A stretch of 64,000 nt of DNA, taken from the NCBI GenBank assembly GCA_016748015.1, contig JAAOMT010000303.1, positions 682,001-746,000 on the forward strand. Direction: 5' to 3'. The stretch is from Geosiphon pyriformis uo1. Lineage: Eukaryota > Fungi > Glomeromycota. The notes beneath the pieces were generated by a model. That model searched no databases and had not been told where the DNA came from. It saw only the letters and a program-made list of their open reading frames with translations. Below, piece after piece: positions 26,401-38,400 of this stretch; within the stretch, counting starts at the first letter, position 1, and each line of letters opens with the position of its first letter. Made by a program: the position numbers and the translations under genes.

Positions 26401-27475
26401 CTTAGAATACAGACCAAGTCTGGAACACCGACCACAACTTAGAAGAACCACCAATTTGGGAATGGGATAAGAGAGAAAAAGGGAAAGGAAAAGTGAAGAA
26501 AGAGAAGCCACTACCAATTACCAGTTATACCCCTTATACATATACACCACCACAATTATCGAGCTATTGCCAACCAAAGCTCATATGTGTTGATTACAAC
26601 AAAAAATTGTCATCAATGGGTGCATGCTGTGGTGATAACGAGGAATACCAAATGGCAACTAAGTTCTATTATCATGCATGTCTTGTCAAATGCTTTGAAA
26701 GACCAAAATGAGTGGGAAAATGAGATAATACATCATGTTTAGCTTGTGGGGAAACTCTCCTCGACAAAGGAATATGGAATAACATTCCTGGAAAAGGAGA
26801 AACGTGCGATGAAACCTGTCAGTATATGATACTAATCAATGATTGAGTATGCAAAAAAACACCAATCAATGATGCCTGGAAACAAGTGTTATGATAATTG
26901 GAAAGATATCCACATGATGAACATGAACTCTGGAGAATGATGAGTGCAAAGGCAGAAAGTACGACAACCAATGAACTACTAGAAATCAAAAACAACCCCC
27001 TATCTCTGCCTGAACCTGAATACATCTTAACATTTGATGTATTCAACAACATTGAAGACAATCTGAAAGAATTCCATGAGCACTATCAACAGTTGGCACC
27101 TACTCGAGAAGAACAAGAACAATGATTGGAAGAAATAAACACTTGACTATGTGACCACTGTTTGATTCCATGTAACTTCCAATATTGTAATAAGTTTACA
27201 ATCTACCACCATGCATAATCTACATGATCCAAGAGAAAGAGGAACCAATCAGCAGCTGTGCATCAAAATCGGAATCAATTTTCAATCCTGATTCAAACTC
27301 TGACAATGACAATAATAAAAACACTGGTTCCAGCTCCATCTAATATGGCGAGAACAATGACAACAATTCCAACTCAGATTTAAACCCCGATCCAAACTAT
27401 GAACAATATATTGTGTTTCCTGATCTCACCAAAGAACAGGAACTTAAATAGTTCAGTGATAATAATGAAGGTATT

Positions 27476-27870
27476 ATGCCAGAACATGCGCATGATACCA
27501 ATGCTGGGTTTGATCTAAGGTATCTAGGAAAAGATGCCATCAAATTGGAACCATATTTATGCACCTGCATTGATTTAAAAATAGCACTGGAAATTCTAGC
27601 AACAACAATGATTCAATTATCATTTAGAAGTAGTCTAGCAAAAAGAGAGATAAATATAAGAGGAGGAATAATTGATGCGGGATATGTAGGAAATATTATC
27701 ACTATACTACAAAATAACTCAGAAAAGGCCTATATTATAGAGCCAAATGAAAAGATAGCATAGGCAATATTCCTGTCTCTGGTTAAAGTAGCTCAATTAG
27801 TGTTAGTGGGAAACAGAGAAGAATTAGAGATAACAGCAAGAGGGATACAGAGATTTGGATCCACAGGTAG
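27476..27870 (+). pseudogene. Trimeric dUTPase domain inside Pol, between protease and RT
   Basis: All five motifs: AGFDL, RSSLA, GIIDAGYVGNI, KIA(Q), RGIQRFGSTG. Homologues at 22310-22690(-), 40136-40530(+) and 49000-49388(-). Confidence 0.93.
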
Positions 27871-29760
27871 AATAGATATACCAGTCAATATGACAGAGGA
27901 AAAAATTGTTGGCCAAGGAGAAATTGTTTCAACTGGTCAAGCAATTTTCATTCCACCATATGACCAGTACATGTTAGCAATAGAGAGGAGAGTGAAAGAT
28001 CAAGCACAGATTTTTGAAGCAGAAGCAACTCTTTGTGAAGCAGGAGAGATTGGACTTATCAATCTTCACATACCAGCCAAGAACCACAATCATATCAAAA
28101 TTCTCATCTACAATACAACAGGAGATGCCATCACAATACCAGAAGGAACTATCATTGAATATTTGAGCACTGAATTAGAAGATCAACCACCAAACATTGT
28201 TCCAGATTTTTCACAGCTTTGTGGATATGTGAATATTACATCACAAACAATATACAGATAAAACAAATGTTATTTGCTCCAACTAGAACAATTGGAACAA
28301 ATAAACATGGGAAACTTAGACCCACTTCAATGTATGTAACTTAAGATAATGCTTAATAATTTCAATGACATCTTTGCTAGTAAAAACAAATTTGGCAGAA
28401 CTGATATCATCCAACACCAGATCAAAACTGGAGATGCGATGTCGATCAAACAAAGAGCATACAAAGTGCCACCAGCCAGCCATGAAATCATCTGTTAAGA
28501 AATCAAGTGAATGCTTGACAACAGACTAATTCAGCCATCAATGAATTCATGATTGTCACCAGTAGTACTTGTCCATAAAAAGAATAGAAAGATCCATTTT
28601 TGTGTGGACTACAGAAAACTCAATAGTGTATTTCATGGAGACAGTTACCTAACTCCACGGATACAAAAATTATTCGATGCTTTTGGTAGAAACAAATGGT
28701 TCTTAACACTAGACTTAGACAGTGGTTACTGACAAGTAGCCATAAATCCAGCAGACAAAGAAAAGACAGCATTCACCACTAGGGAAGAGAATTTTGAATT
28801 CGAAGTAATGCCATTCGGCTTAACCAATGCACCAGCCACTTTTCAGCAATTAATGGAAATCATTTACACCAGCTTATTGTGGAAATCAGTAGTAGTATAT
28901 CTAGATGACACCAATGTGTTCTTAAGAACATTTGATGATCATTTCCATCATCTTCAGCAAGTGTTTAAAAGACTACAATGAGCAGGACCAAAGTTAAATG
29001 CCACCAAATGTTTTTTCAGCAAAACAGAACTGAAATTTTTGGGACATATAGTCAGTTAAGATGGCATTAAAACAGATCCAGAAAAAATAGAGATAGTAAA
29101 GAACTTTTCAGTACCAACCAATGTGATGGAACTACAATCATTCTTGGGATTTGCTAGCTATTATCAATGCTTTATTAAGAACTTTTCAAAGATAGTTCAG
29201 CCACTCAATCATCTCCAAACTAAGAATGTGAAATATGAATGGACTGAAATTCAACAAGAAGCTTTTGATACCCTAAGAAAAAAGCTCATTCAAGCTCCAG
29301 TACTAATATATCCAAATTATAATAAACCATTTATCATTACTACTGATGCATTAGGTCAAGCATTGGGAGCAGTACTATTTCAGAGAGAACCAGATGGAAG
29401 AGAACATCCAGTAGCATATGCCAGCTGAGGTTTAACTCCAGCCAAAAAGAACTATGAAACACCAGAATTAGAACATTTAGCAATCTATTGGACAGTTATG
29501 AAATGGAAAAAATACTTGAGCCAGAAGTTTGAGGTGTATACAAATCACAAAGGACTGACATCACTTCAGAAACAAGAATTTGGAAATGGCAAACAATCAA
29601 GATAGAAAATAGTACTCTTGCCATATACTTATACTATACACTATAAAAAAGAAAAAGACAACAGAAATGCTGACAGTTTGTCATAGATAAAACAAATCTA
29701 GAACATTTCAACCCAAAAATATAACAAAACCAAACCAATCCAACAAAAATATAACAAAAG

Positions 29761-31171
29761 ATGAATCCAGAAAAATATTAACAACTCAAACATTATATAG
29801 AGACTCAACAGTTCAAGGAAAAATTATCTTAATCAGAATGCAATAGTATCAAATAACAATCAAAATACTTTATCACTTACCAAAATATATTTTATTGGAA
29901 GAATAGAAGAGATCCAGATAAACCAACCAGAGTAATTACAGAGCCAGAAAAAGAAACAGTGTTATTCAACATGCATTCCGATCTAACAGCAGAACATTTT
30001 TACAAAAAAGCTACCATAGAAAGAACCAGAAAAAGATATTATTGGCCATTGATATATCCAGACATCATCCAATACATTCAAAATTGTAATGTGTGTTAAA
30101 AAAGAGGAGAAACAAAATCCAATGAACCATTAAGACCAATCAAAGTGGGACAACTATTTGACTGCATTGGAATTAACTTAGTTGGACCATTGACAATTAC
30201 CAGCAGAGACAACAGATATATTGCAGTAGCCATGGACTATCTTACTAAATGGCCAGAAGCCAAAGCAATTCAAAGAGTGGATGCAGAATCCGTTGCTGAA
30301 TTTGTTCATTAAGATCTGATTTATTAACATAAATATCCAAAAGAACTATTATCAGACCAAGGACTTATTTTGTGAATAGAACATTAGCAGAACTAAGCCA
30401 AAGATTCGGAATTAAAAGACCACTATTATTACCATATCATTCACAAACCAATAGATTAGTTGAAAGATTTAATAGAACATTGTGTGAAACAATAGCAAAA
30501 CTCAGCCAAAAAAACCAGGACAAATAGAATTTGTTCATACCATCAGTATTATTTGCTTATCGGACAATGAAGCAAGACGCCACACAAGCAACACCATTTG
30601 AATTAATATATGGTAAAACAGCAACATTACCAGTTGAGATAGAGGTTAACACATATCCAACTGAACCAATAACAGAAAAAAATTTCCAAAAGACATTGTT
30701 AAGAAGAACATATGACTTAATGGAAACATTAGAAAAAAACAAAAAAGAACAGCTGATAACATACAAAAGTCACAAGAGAAACAGAAAAAAAGACATGATA
30801 ATCAACTACCAGACAAACCAATTGAATTCAAGATTGAAGACAAAGTATTTTTACATCGTACCAAAGCAGAAAAACAATGGAGTGGAAAATTTGACCCCAA
30901 ATGGGATAAACCATTTCACATAGAAGAAATTCTAGAGAATGGAGCTTACAAATTAAGACTGGATAACAAAATCTTAACCAAAGCAGCACATGGAGATCAA
31001 CTGAAACCATACCATAGTATTACACCACCATTTACCAGTAATATTCTACAATTAAGAATACAGAAGATACTAGTCCAACCAGAGAAGATTCCACAAGATC
31101 TGGAACTAATCATTATCATTGACAATAACACATTAATTAATCCATCAAAAGAATATATAAAGACATGGTAG
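29761..31171 (+). pseudogene. G1 integrase as a separate ORF (HHCC, DDE core, GPY/F-like; no chromodomain)
   Basis: ATG 29761; 'MHSDLTAEHF..CNVC', 'IGINLVGPL', 'AMDYLTKWPEA', 'LLSDQG', 'LVERFNRTL', 'KFDPKWDKPF'; stop 31169-31171. Confidence 0.88.
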
Positions 31172-31194
31172 ACACGACAAAAAATATCAGAAAA

Positions 31195-31824
31195 ATGAAA
31201 ATTACAAATAACATCCACTTACTAGCACAACAACTCTTTCAATTGATTCAATACCAAGAGATGGAAATTACAATTAATCAACAAATCATCCAATATCAAG
31301 ACACTAGAAAGACATTGACACATAGAACACAGAAGAAAACAGAAAATACCATTGACAAAATCATAGTGAAAGTAAAATTAGTAATAAAAGAGTCGACAAA
31401 AGAGTCACTATACCAAGAATTAACTAAAGAAACTTGGAATTGGTGGATACAACAATTTCCAAGAAACTATTGTTATTTTTACTTGGAACAACATGTGAAT
31501 ATCCAGAATTTATATATGGATAAAACAAAGCAATTATTTGACACCAGAATACTACAATAATTAGAACATTTTGTGGAAAAAAACAACTTATCTACACAGG
31601 CCCGAGCTATATACCGAATACACACAGCATTTTAAGATCAACCAGAAATCTTACTCAACAAAACAATGAACACGGTTATCAGTAATCAATTAGGAAAGAT
31701 CACCAACACTCAATTTGAAAAATTACAGACTCAAATAACACAAGTAATTCTCGAAAATAAAATTCAGGAAATACTTTAAGAAGGAAAATTAGCAGAATTG
31801 GATTTTGACAGAGCTCAATATTAA
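31195..31824 (+). pseudogene. G1 ORF3, ~209 codons, unknown function, in the env position
   Basis: One frame from ATG 31195 to TAA 31822-24 with three internal TAA; homologous ORFs in G2 and G3. Confidence 0.75.
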
Positions 31825-31834
31825 AAGGAGAGAA
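31823..31834 (+). promoter_or_regulatory. Polypurine tract
   Basis: AAAAGGAGAGAA, 3 nt before the 3' LTR; reverse copy at 45080-45091. Confidence 0.85.
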
Positions 31835-31837
31835 TAA

Positions 31838-32684
31838 TGTTATTTATAGAAATATAGAGAATATATATTAGCATAGTTATTAGCCAATCAGAAGTAGATG
31901 TAGTAAATATGGAATTCCAGGATTCCTCTCAGGAATTGCAGGATTCCAGGAATTACAGGATTCTCACGAAAAATTACAGGATTCCAGAATTCCAGGATTC
32001 CTCTCAAAGGAATTGCAGAATTCCAGAAATTTCAGAATTCCTGTTGTAAAGAATGGAGGAATTGAGGAATCTCAATTATGTATATATAGCAGTAGTATTA
32101 GAAACTGAAAGAGACAGATCTTCCAGTTTAGATTTTATCTAGACAACCTTCTAAACACAATAAATAACTATTTGGTATCTCAAACCTAATTCTACTATCA
32201 ACATGAAGTGTTGATAGTAATTGATACTTAAACACACTGGAACAATAGCTCTTGATCACAGCTATTGACAGGATACTAACTTGCAAAACCACCTTGGCTT
32301 ATTCATTATTTTTTTTTATTTCTTTTCTTTATTTTTATTTTTTATTTTATTGTTGTACACTAATTGGTTGAATAAAGTGCTAGATTACTGATGTCAAGGA
32401 TTGTCTGGTAAAAGACCTCTGCAAGAGGGTAGAACACGTACAGAAGATACAGAATACTTACCAAAGGATTGCCAGCCATCATGCCAAGAGAAAAATTGAC
32501 AAAATTGCAATTCTGGGAAGCTATGGATAAAACAACTATTGAATCTCTGTTTATTATACAAAGAACTCAAACCAAAACCTTCAGATACAAAACCTTCAGA
32601 TTATTAATATCAATGTGAATAACTTTTAGCACCAAGTTACAGATTTGTTATTTGATTTGAGACCCCAAGAAATCACTTGTAACA
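31838..32684 (+). repeat. 3' LTR of G1, 847 bp
   Basis: TG..CA ends; TATA-like 'tgtatatatag' ~32080; AATAAA 32371-32376. Confidence 0.95.
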
Positions 32685-34262
32685 ATGCATTCTGGCATAA
32701 TATTTTTATCATTATTGCTGAACTATTTTAGTTTTTGCTTTATGACTAGATCTGAGAGTGCAATATATTGTTTAGAATAGTAATCAAAGTTTGAATTCTT
32801 ATTATTGTTGTCATAGTGAATGAAGTTGGAACCATTGTTATTATTATTATTAAAGTCTGAATTGAGATTAAATTTTGATTTTAATTCTGCTGTGCATTCA
32901 TTAATTTGTTTTTTTTCTTTGGAAATTAAATAGATTATGCATAATGGTAGATTGTAAATAATGTTATAATTATTACAATACTAAAAATCACATAAAATTA
33001 AACAGTAATCACATAATCAAATATTAAGCTGTTCTAAGCATTGTTTTTGCTTTTCTCTAGTGAGTGCTAATTTCTGGTAGTGTTTGTGGAATTATTTTGA
33101 ATTTATAATGTCAAGAAGAATATTGAAGTTTGAAATCCAAATAGTCTCTTCAAGTTCTGGTGGGTTGTTTTTATTTCTTTTGAAGACATGTTTTTGATTT
33201 TGGCAATTGCCATTTGCCAGATTTTATTGTTGTCATGTGGACAACTATCCAAATATTTTACAGTTTTTTTTTAGACAATGTCTATTGGCATTTTTTTGTT
33301 TATCTAATCACTTATAAAAATTGTGTATTAACACAATTTGTTGCATGTTCCTTTACAACCAAGAATGTTATTTCATATTTCTTTGTTCAGAAGAGTTTTT
33401 CCACAAGCAAAACATGGTTTGTTGTCCCATTTTCCTTGTCATTTGGGTCATCCAAAGTGTTTAAAAATGCATAAGTGACAATAATATTTGGTTGCTATTG
33501 GTCATTTCTTATCATTACCACAATATATACTTATTATAGACAATTTTTTGCCACAATTAACACATATTAGCTTGGATTGATAATAGTTTGTTCTTGAAAT
33601 ATAGTGGTATATAGAACATAAGTGGATATAGTAGCTTAAAATTCTTTTTTTTTTTCCTTTTTTTTTCTTTTTTCTTTTTAAATAGGTATGAATAATAACA
33701 TAGTATGTTCTTTTTTAGCTCATAAAATTTGGTAGGCTTCTCAGGTAGGTTTTTTTTCTTTCTCTTTAAACTCAATTAGTGACTGTTTGTTGACAGTAAT
33801 CTTGAAATAATCACAAGTGGCTGGTACTTGAATGTTCTAACCATTCTGGCTCAATTGTAATTCCTAAGTGTTCTAGTCAAACACTGTATTGGTTTTGGAC
33901 AGCCAATTATTATTAACAAGAGCTTGGTATTGGGTAGCTTCTATCACCAATACTTTGATCAATGCTGTAATGCTGTTGACTTCAAATAGAAAGTCATCAA
34001 TTTCACCAATGGGTGTTTTTGTTACTTTATCAATAGTAATAATTTTGGTACTGACAATATGATCAATTTAACAACCTAGCTGGTTTATAAGTTGTTATAT
34101 AATAATGCTGCCTGCTGATCTACTGTTAAGAATCAGTTTAATAGAATGGTTATCAATTTTGGCATTTATATACATAGTAATAATTGGTTTGATATTAAAA
34201 GTAATTCTACTAAATAGAGATACCATGGCTGATTTTTCTATTTTAAAGAGAAATATGGCTGT

Positions 34263-35232
34263 TATTACAGATAATTATTTGGGATCTGGAAACAAATAAC
34301 AAACCTGTAATTTGGTGCTCAATAACCAGTATAATTGGTAATTCTGAAGGTTTATGTAATCTGAAAGTTTTGGTTAAGTTTTTTGTATAATAGACAAAGA
34401 TTCAATGAGTGTATTCTTTGGTGATATTCTTAGTGTTTTCTCAACTTTCAAGTTGGTGTGCTTGTTTGTTCATTACTTTTTAAAATATTTATATTCTGTT
34501 AATTTTTTTTTTCAGCTTAATAGCTGGTAATTTTTTGGTAAGCTATTTTCAATTTTGAGTGTCTATTCTTATTCCTAGGTTTTTTACTAGTACTATATCC
34601 TAATGTCAGTACCCCAAACATTAATTTTTTAATCAATTAGTAAATTAACAACAAAATGAAAAAAAAGAAAAGAAATAAAAGAAAATAATAAAAAGAAAAT
34701 AAAAAGATAAGCCAAGGCAAAAAAGAGTTAATATTTTATTAATAGCTATAATCAAGAGTTATTGGTCCAGTATAGTTAAGTATCAGGAATTATTAACATG
34801 AATTGTTGATAGTAAAAAGATGAATTGTAATATTTAATAAGTATTTTATTGATATTTTATATTTCCACTTCAAGTCATAAAATACTATCCTATAAAGAGA
34901 TAGATAAAAAATTAAGACTGGAGATTCTAAAAACTGAAGATTCTGTCTTTTTTGCTTCTAATACTATCATTATATATACATAAATTTTATTGTATAAGAT
35001 TCTTTAAATTTCTCAATTCTCTAGCCAGGAATCTTAGAATTTCTAGAATTCTATAATTCTTTGAAAAAAATTCTGGAATTCTGGAATCCTGTAATTTTTT
35101 ACATGGGAATTTTGTAATTCTGGAATTCTACAATTTCTCTAAGAAAAATTCTGGAATTCTACTTTTATTATGTCTTATTTTAATTGGCTAATTTATGGAC
35201 TAATATATAATTTCTATATTTTATGAGTAATA
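34263..35232 (-). mobile_element. Solo LTR, family A, nested in G0 just upstream of the protease
   Basis: Reverse complement of family A; TSD CTGT/CTGT. Confidence 0.9.
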
Positions 35233-38200
35233 CTGTGAGTAATTTGTTTTCTGTAATAGTAGCTGGTAATATATTGCTGGTAAGTATAAATTAGTTGGTT
35301 TCCAATGGGTTGGATGTAATGATTTCTGAAGATACTAAGAGACTTAAATAGTGTTAAGCATTCAGGTTTTAGACATAGTTAGTTTCTGAATTTTGCTGCT
35401 GTAATCCAGATTGCTGGACTGCTAAACTGGAAATTGGTTGATGTATTATTATTGCTGATCTCCAATTCTGGTAAATTTGAGTTATTTTTGGTCTTTGGCT
35501 TCTATTGGAAGATAAGTTCTAAGGCTGGATTTGAATTTTTTGAGATTGATACATTATTTGGGGCTAAAGTGGTTAATAAATTACTGGTGTTGGGTTGTGA
35601 TAGATTGACAGCTAATAAATCAGTTGTGTCAGTGAAAAGTAATACAGTTAATAATGGTATTGTTTAAGTAATTGATTATTGGTATTGTTTGGAGGTTTGA
35701 AATCAGCAATTGAGGTTTTAATATTGATTTTCTGGTTGTTGATCATTTAACTGTATACAACAGTCAATTTGCAAATGTCTTTATTTACTACAATAGTGAC
35801 AACTATATATCTCTTGTCATTACTGTTGATTGTTTGATAATGATAAACACAGTTAATTTTGGAGGCAATTTAAGTTTTCTTGATTATTGCAATATTGTGA
35901 AGACTAATAAATTGCTTGATTGTTAGCTAAATATCTTTTTAGCTTTTGGTTGATTAAATCACTAAATTGTTTTAGTTTAGAATTCAAGTCAGATAATTCA
36001 TTTATTACTAGATTTATGGCTTGGACATAATTGGTTTTCAATTCAACCAATTTAAAATTCTGGGTGTTTGTAACTGCATTTTAGAGTATTTGGAAATATA
36101 ATAAGCATACACATTGTAAAAAACTACTGTACAGGTCATGAATAAACTGATTTAGAATTTGTGGTACTGTAAAGTAATTTACATTAATTGTTTGTATTTA
36201 GTGCAGATTTTTGTAGAAGTATCTTAAGTAAATAGTGACTGCTTTAATATTACTTTGTTTAATAATAATGAATGCCATTGCCAAGTGATTAATGCTGTTA
36301 TTATTGTTAAAGTATTTTAAAAATTCAATTTTGAATTCATTAAAGTTTTAGGATTTCTGAATCAAGCTTTGATATCATAAGTTAGCAATATTTTGAAAAA
36401 AATATGGGATGGCTTGGAAAGCTCTAATATCATCCCAATTATTGGTGGTAATAACTTTAGTAACATTATTTAATCAAACTTGGATATTGTCTTTCTTGCT
36501 ATTGAATTTTTCTAATTTGGCAATTCATTAGTGCTATAATTGGTTGTTATTGTAATTGTGGTTAAAGTAATTGTTGTAATAGTGATTGAAGTTGTAGTTG
36601 TGACTATTGTTGTTGTGTAGCAATTGAGGCAATTGATAGTAGATCAATTACAATTACTAAAGATAAGTTTTAAGAAACAATAAGAGCTGGGTTTGAATTA
36701 TTCAGATTTTGTTGAGTTAGAATAATCAAAGTTTGAATTTCTGGGTTTTTTGAAATCAAATTTTAATAATTAAATTTTTGATCTTTATTTTCTTCTTCTT
36801 TTGAGTCAGTTTTTTTTTACAGACTAATGGCTTTGAAATTAAGTTGGAGTGGTAGTAATTAAAATCCTGATGGTATTAGTAATTACAATTTAAATTTTTT
36901 AAAGAAATTACTGTAAGTTCTTAATAAATCAGCTTTTTTTGACTTTAGAATGTTATTCTTGCAGATAGTGTTTTTACTAATAATAATACAGCTTCTAATA
37001 GTATATTGATAATACTTTTAGACATGTAATAATATGATAAGTAAATAGATAAAACTATTTTGGGTTTTTTCTATGTAGGTAGTTGTATTTTTCTTGGTGT
37101 TTCTGCTGGTGTTTGTAATTTTTCTTTTTTATTGTCTGCAAAGATAATAGAAAATTGCTGTCTGGTGTGCTTTTTAATTTTGCTGTTGATTTCTGTAATT
37201 ATTGGAGCAAACAAATAATTTTGTGAAAATGTGGTATTTTAAAATAATTTACTATAAAAATTGTTAAATACTGCTTCTAGATTTTTTTGGTTTTTTAAGT
37301 AAAATTTAATCCTTTTGTTGATGTAAAAATTGAAAGTTGATTCTGCTGGCCAATTGTTACTGGTTAACCTAAAGGAAATTTGATAGTGTTGGAATAAAGC
37401 TTTTGTAAATCTCAAGTGGTTTGTCTTTATTTCTTTTGATCCTGCCACTGTTTCAAATAATTGTTATTGATGTTAGTTTTTTGCTAAATTATATCTTAAA
37501 AGGAGCACTAAATGTTACAAGTAATTATTTGGGGTGTTGGTACAATTAACAAATCTGTAATTTGATGCTCAATAGCTAAGTGGTATTGATAATATCTAAA
37601 AATTTTTTGTGATCTAAAGATTTTGGTAAAGTCTTTTGTATAATAGACAAAAATTCAATGGTTGTTTTAATAGTCTCCTGGAATAGTTATTCTGTCAATT
37701 TCTTTCTTTAGCATAGTGGTCAATTTATTATAGTAGTCATGTCCTTCTAATAAGCCATCTTCAATTTTTTAAGTTCTATACTCTTATTTCTGGGTTTTTT
37801 ACCAAGCTATTCTTAATATCAAAATACTCAATGCTTAATCTCTTTAATTAGTTAATAAATTAATAAAACAAATAAAAAAATAAAAAAAATAAAAAAAAAT
37901 TAAGAAATTAGTATTTTGTTAATAGTTATGATCAAGATTTATTGATCTAATGTAATCAAGTATTGAATTTTATCAACATAGAGTATTAATAAAATAGAAG
38001 TGTTTTAAGATTTTTTTAATCAAGTAATGATAACATAGATTTAAGTAGTAATTAATATTTTATTGATATGTAATTTGATTTTATTTTAAGTTGTAGAAAA
38101 CTATCTTTTAAAGGAAAGAGTATGAAATAATTAATAAGTTGTGATACTGATTCTGAACTGGACTCTGTTTTTTTTGTTTTTAATACTTTTGCTATATATA

Positions 38201-38234
38201 CATATTTTTTGTTCTATAAGATCTCATATTTTTT

Positions 38235-38400
38235 TGAACAATATGTCCTAATTTATTAACATTGCTTATATTGCTGAACAGTATGTCCTAATTTACTAAT
38301 ATTGCTTATATTGCTAAGTAGTGTGTCTTAATTTATTAGCATTATGCACATTGCTAAACAATATGTCATAGTTTTTGATATTGTACTTATATATTAAGTA
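38235..38400. repeat. 40-bp tandem repeat (~4 units) in U3 of the G0 LTR
   Basis: 'tgaacagtatgtcctaatttactaatattgcttatattgc' repeated head to tail. Confidence 0.85.

Larger units (their letters stand above)
23191..29701 (+). pseudogene. G1 Gag-Pol: predicted exon 1 in the LTR (23191-23352), intron 23353-23426, then N-domain, capsid, CCHC knuckle, protease, Cys-rich module, dUTPase, RT, RNase H
   Basis: Capsid ORF 24450-25250; 'CYNCGKQGHIRANC' 25188-25229; PR 'LILDSGSA' 25911; YLDD 28898-28909; RH 'IITTDALGQALGAVL' ~29335, ending 'NADSLS*IKQI*'. ORFs 23529-27125 share one frame; a deletion near 27190 shifts it. The exon-1/intron part is inferred. Confidence 0.85.
22691..32684 (+). mobile_element. 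Full-length Ty3/Gypsy LTR retrotransposon G1 (least decayed copy)
   Basis: LTRs 22691-23394 and 31838-32684 with TG..CA ends; TSD ATGC/ATGC; PBS, PPT; domain order gag-PR-RT-RH-IN. Confidence 0.95.

Noticed and set aside
31195-31824. env gene
   Set aside because: Too short, and no visible signal peptide, transmembrane anchor or fusion peptide.
23400-31824. Alternative genetic code (TGA=Trp, endobacterial origin) explaining internal stops
   Set aside because: TAA, TAG and TGA all interrupt frames at positions differing between copies; host genes use the standard code and spliceosomal introns.
38235-38400. CRISPR-like array
   Set aside because: Head-to-tail 40-bp units with no unique spacers, inside an LTR; no cas genes.
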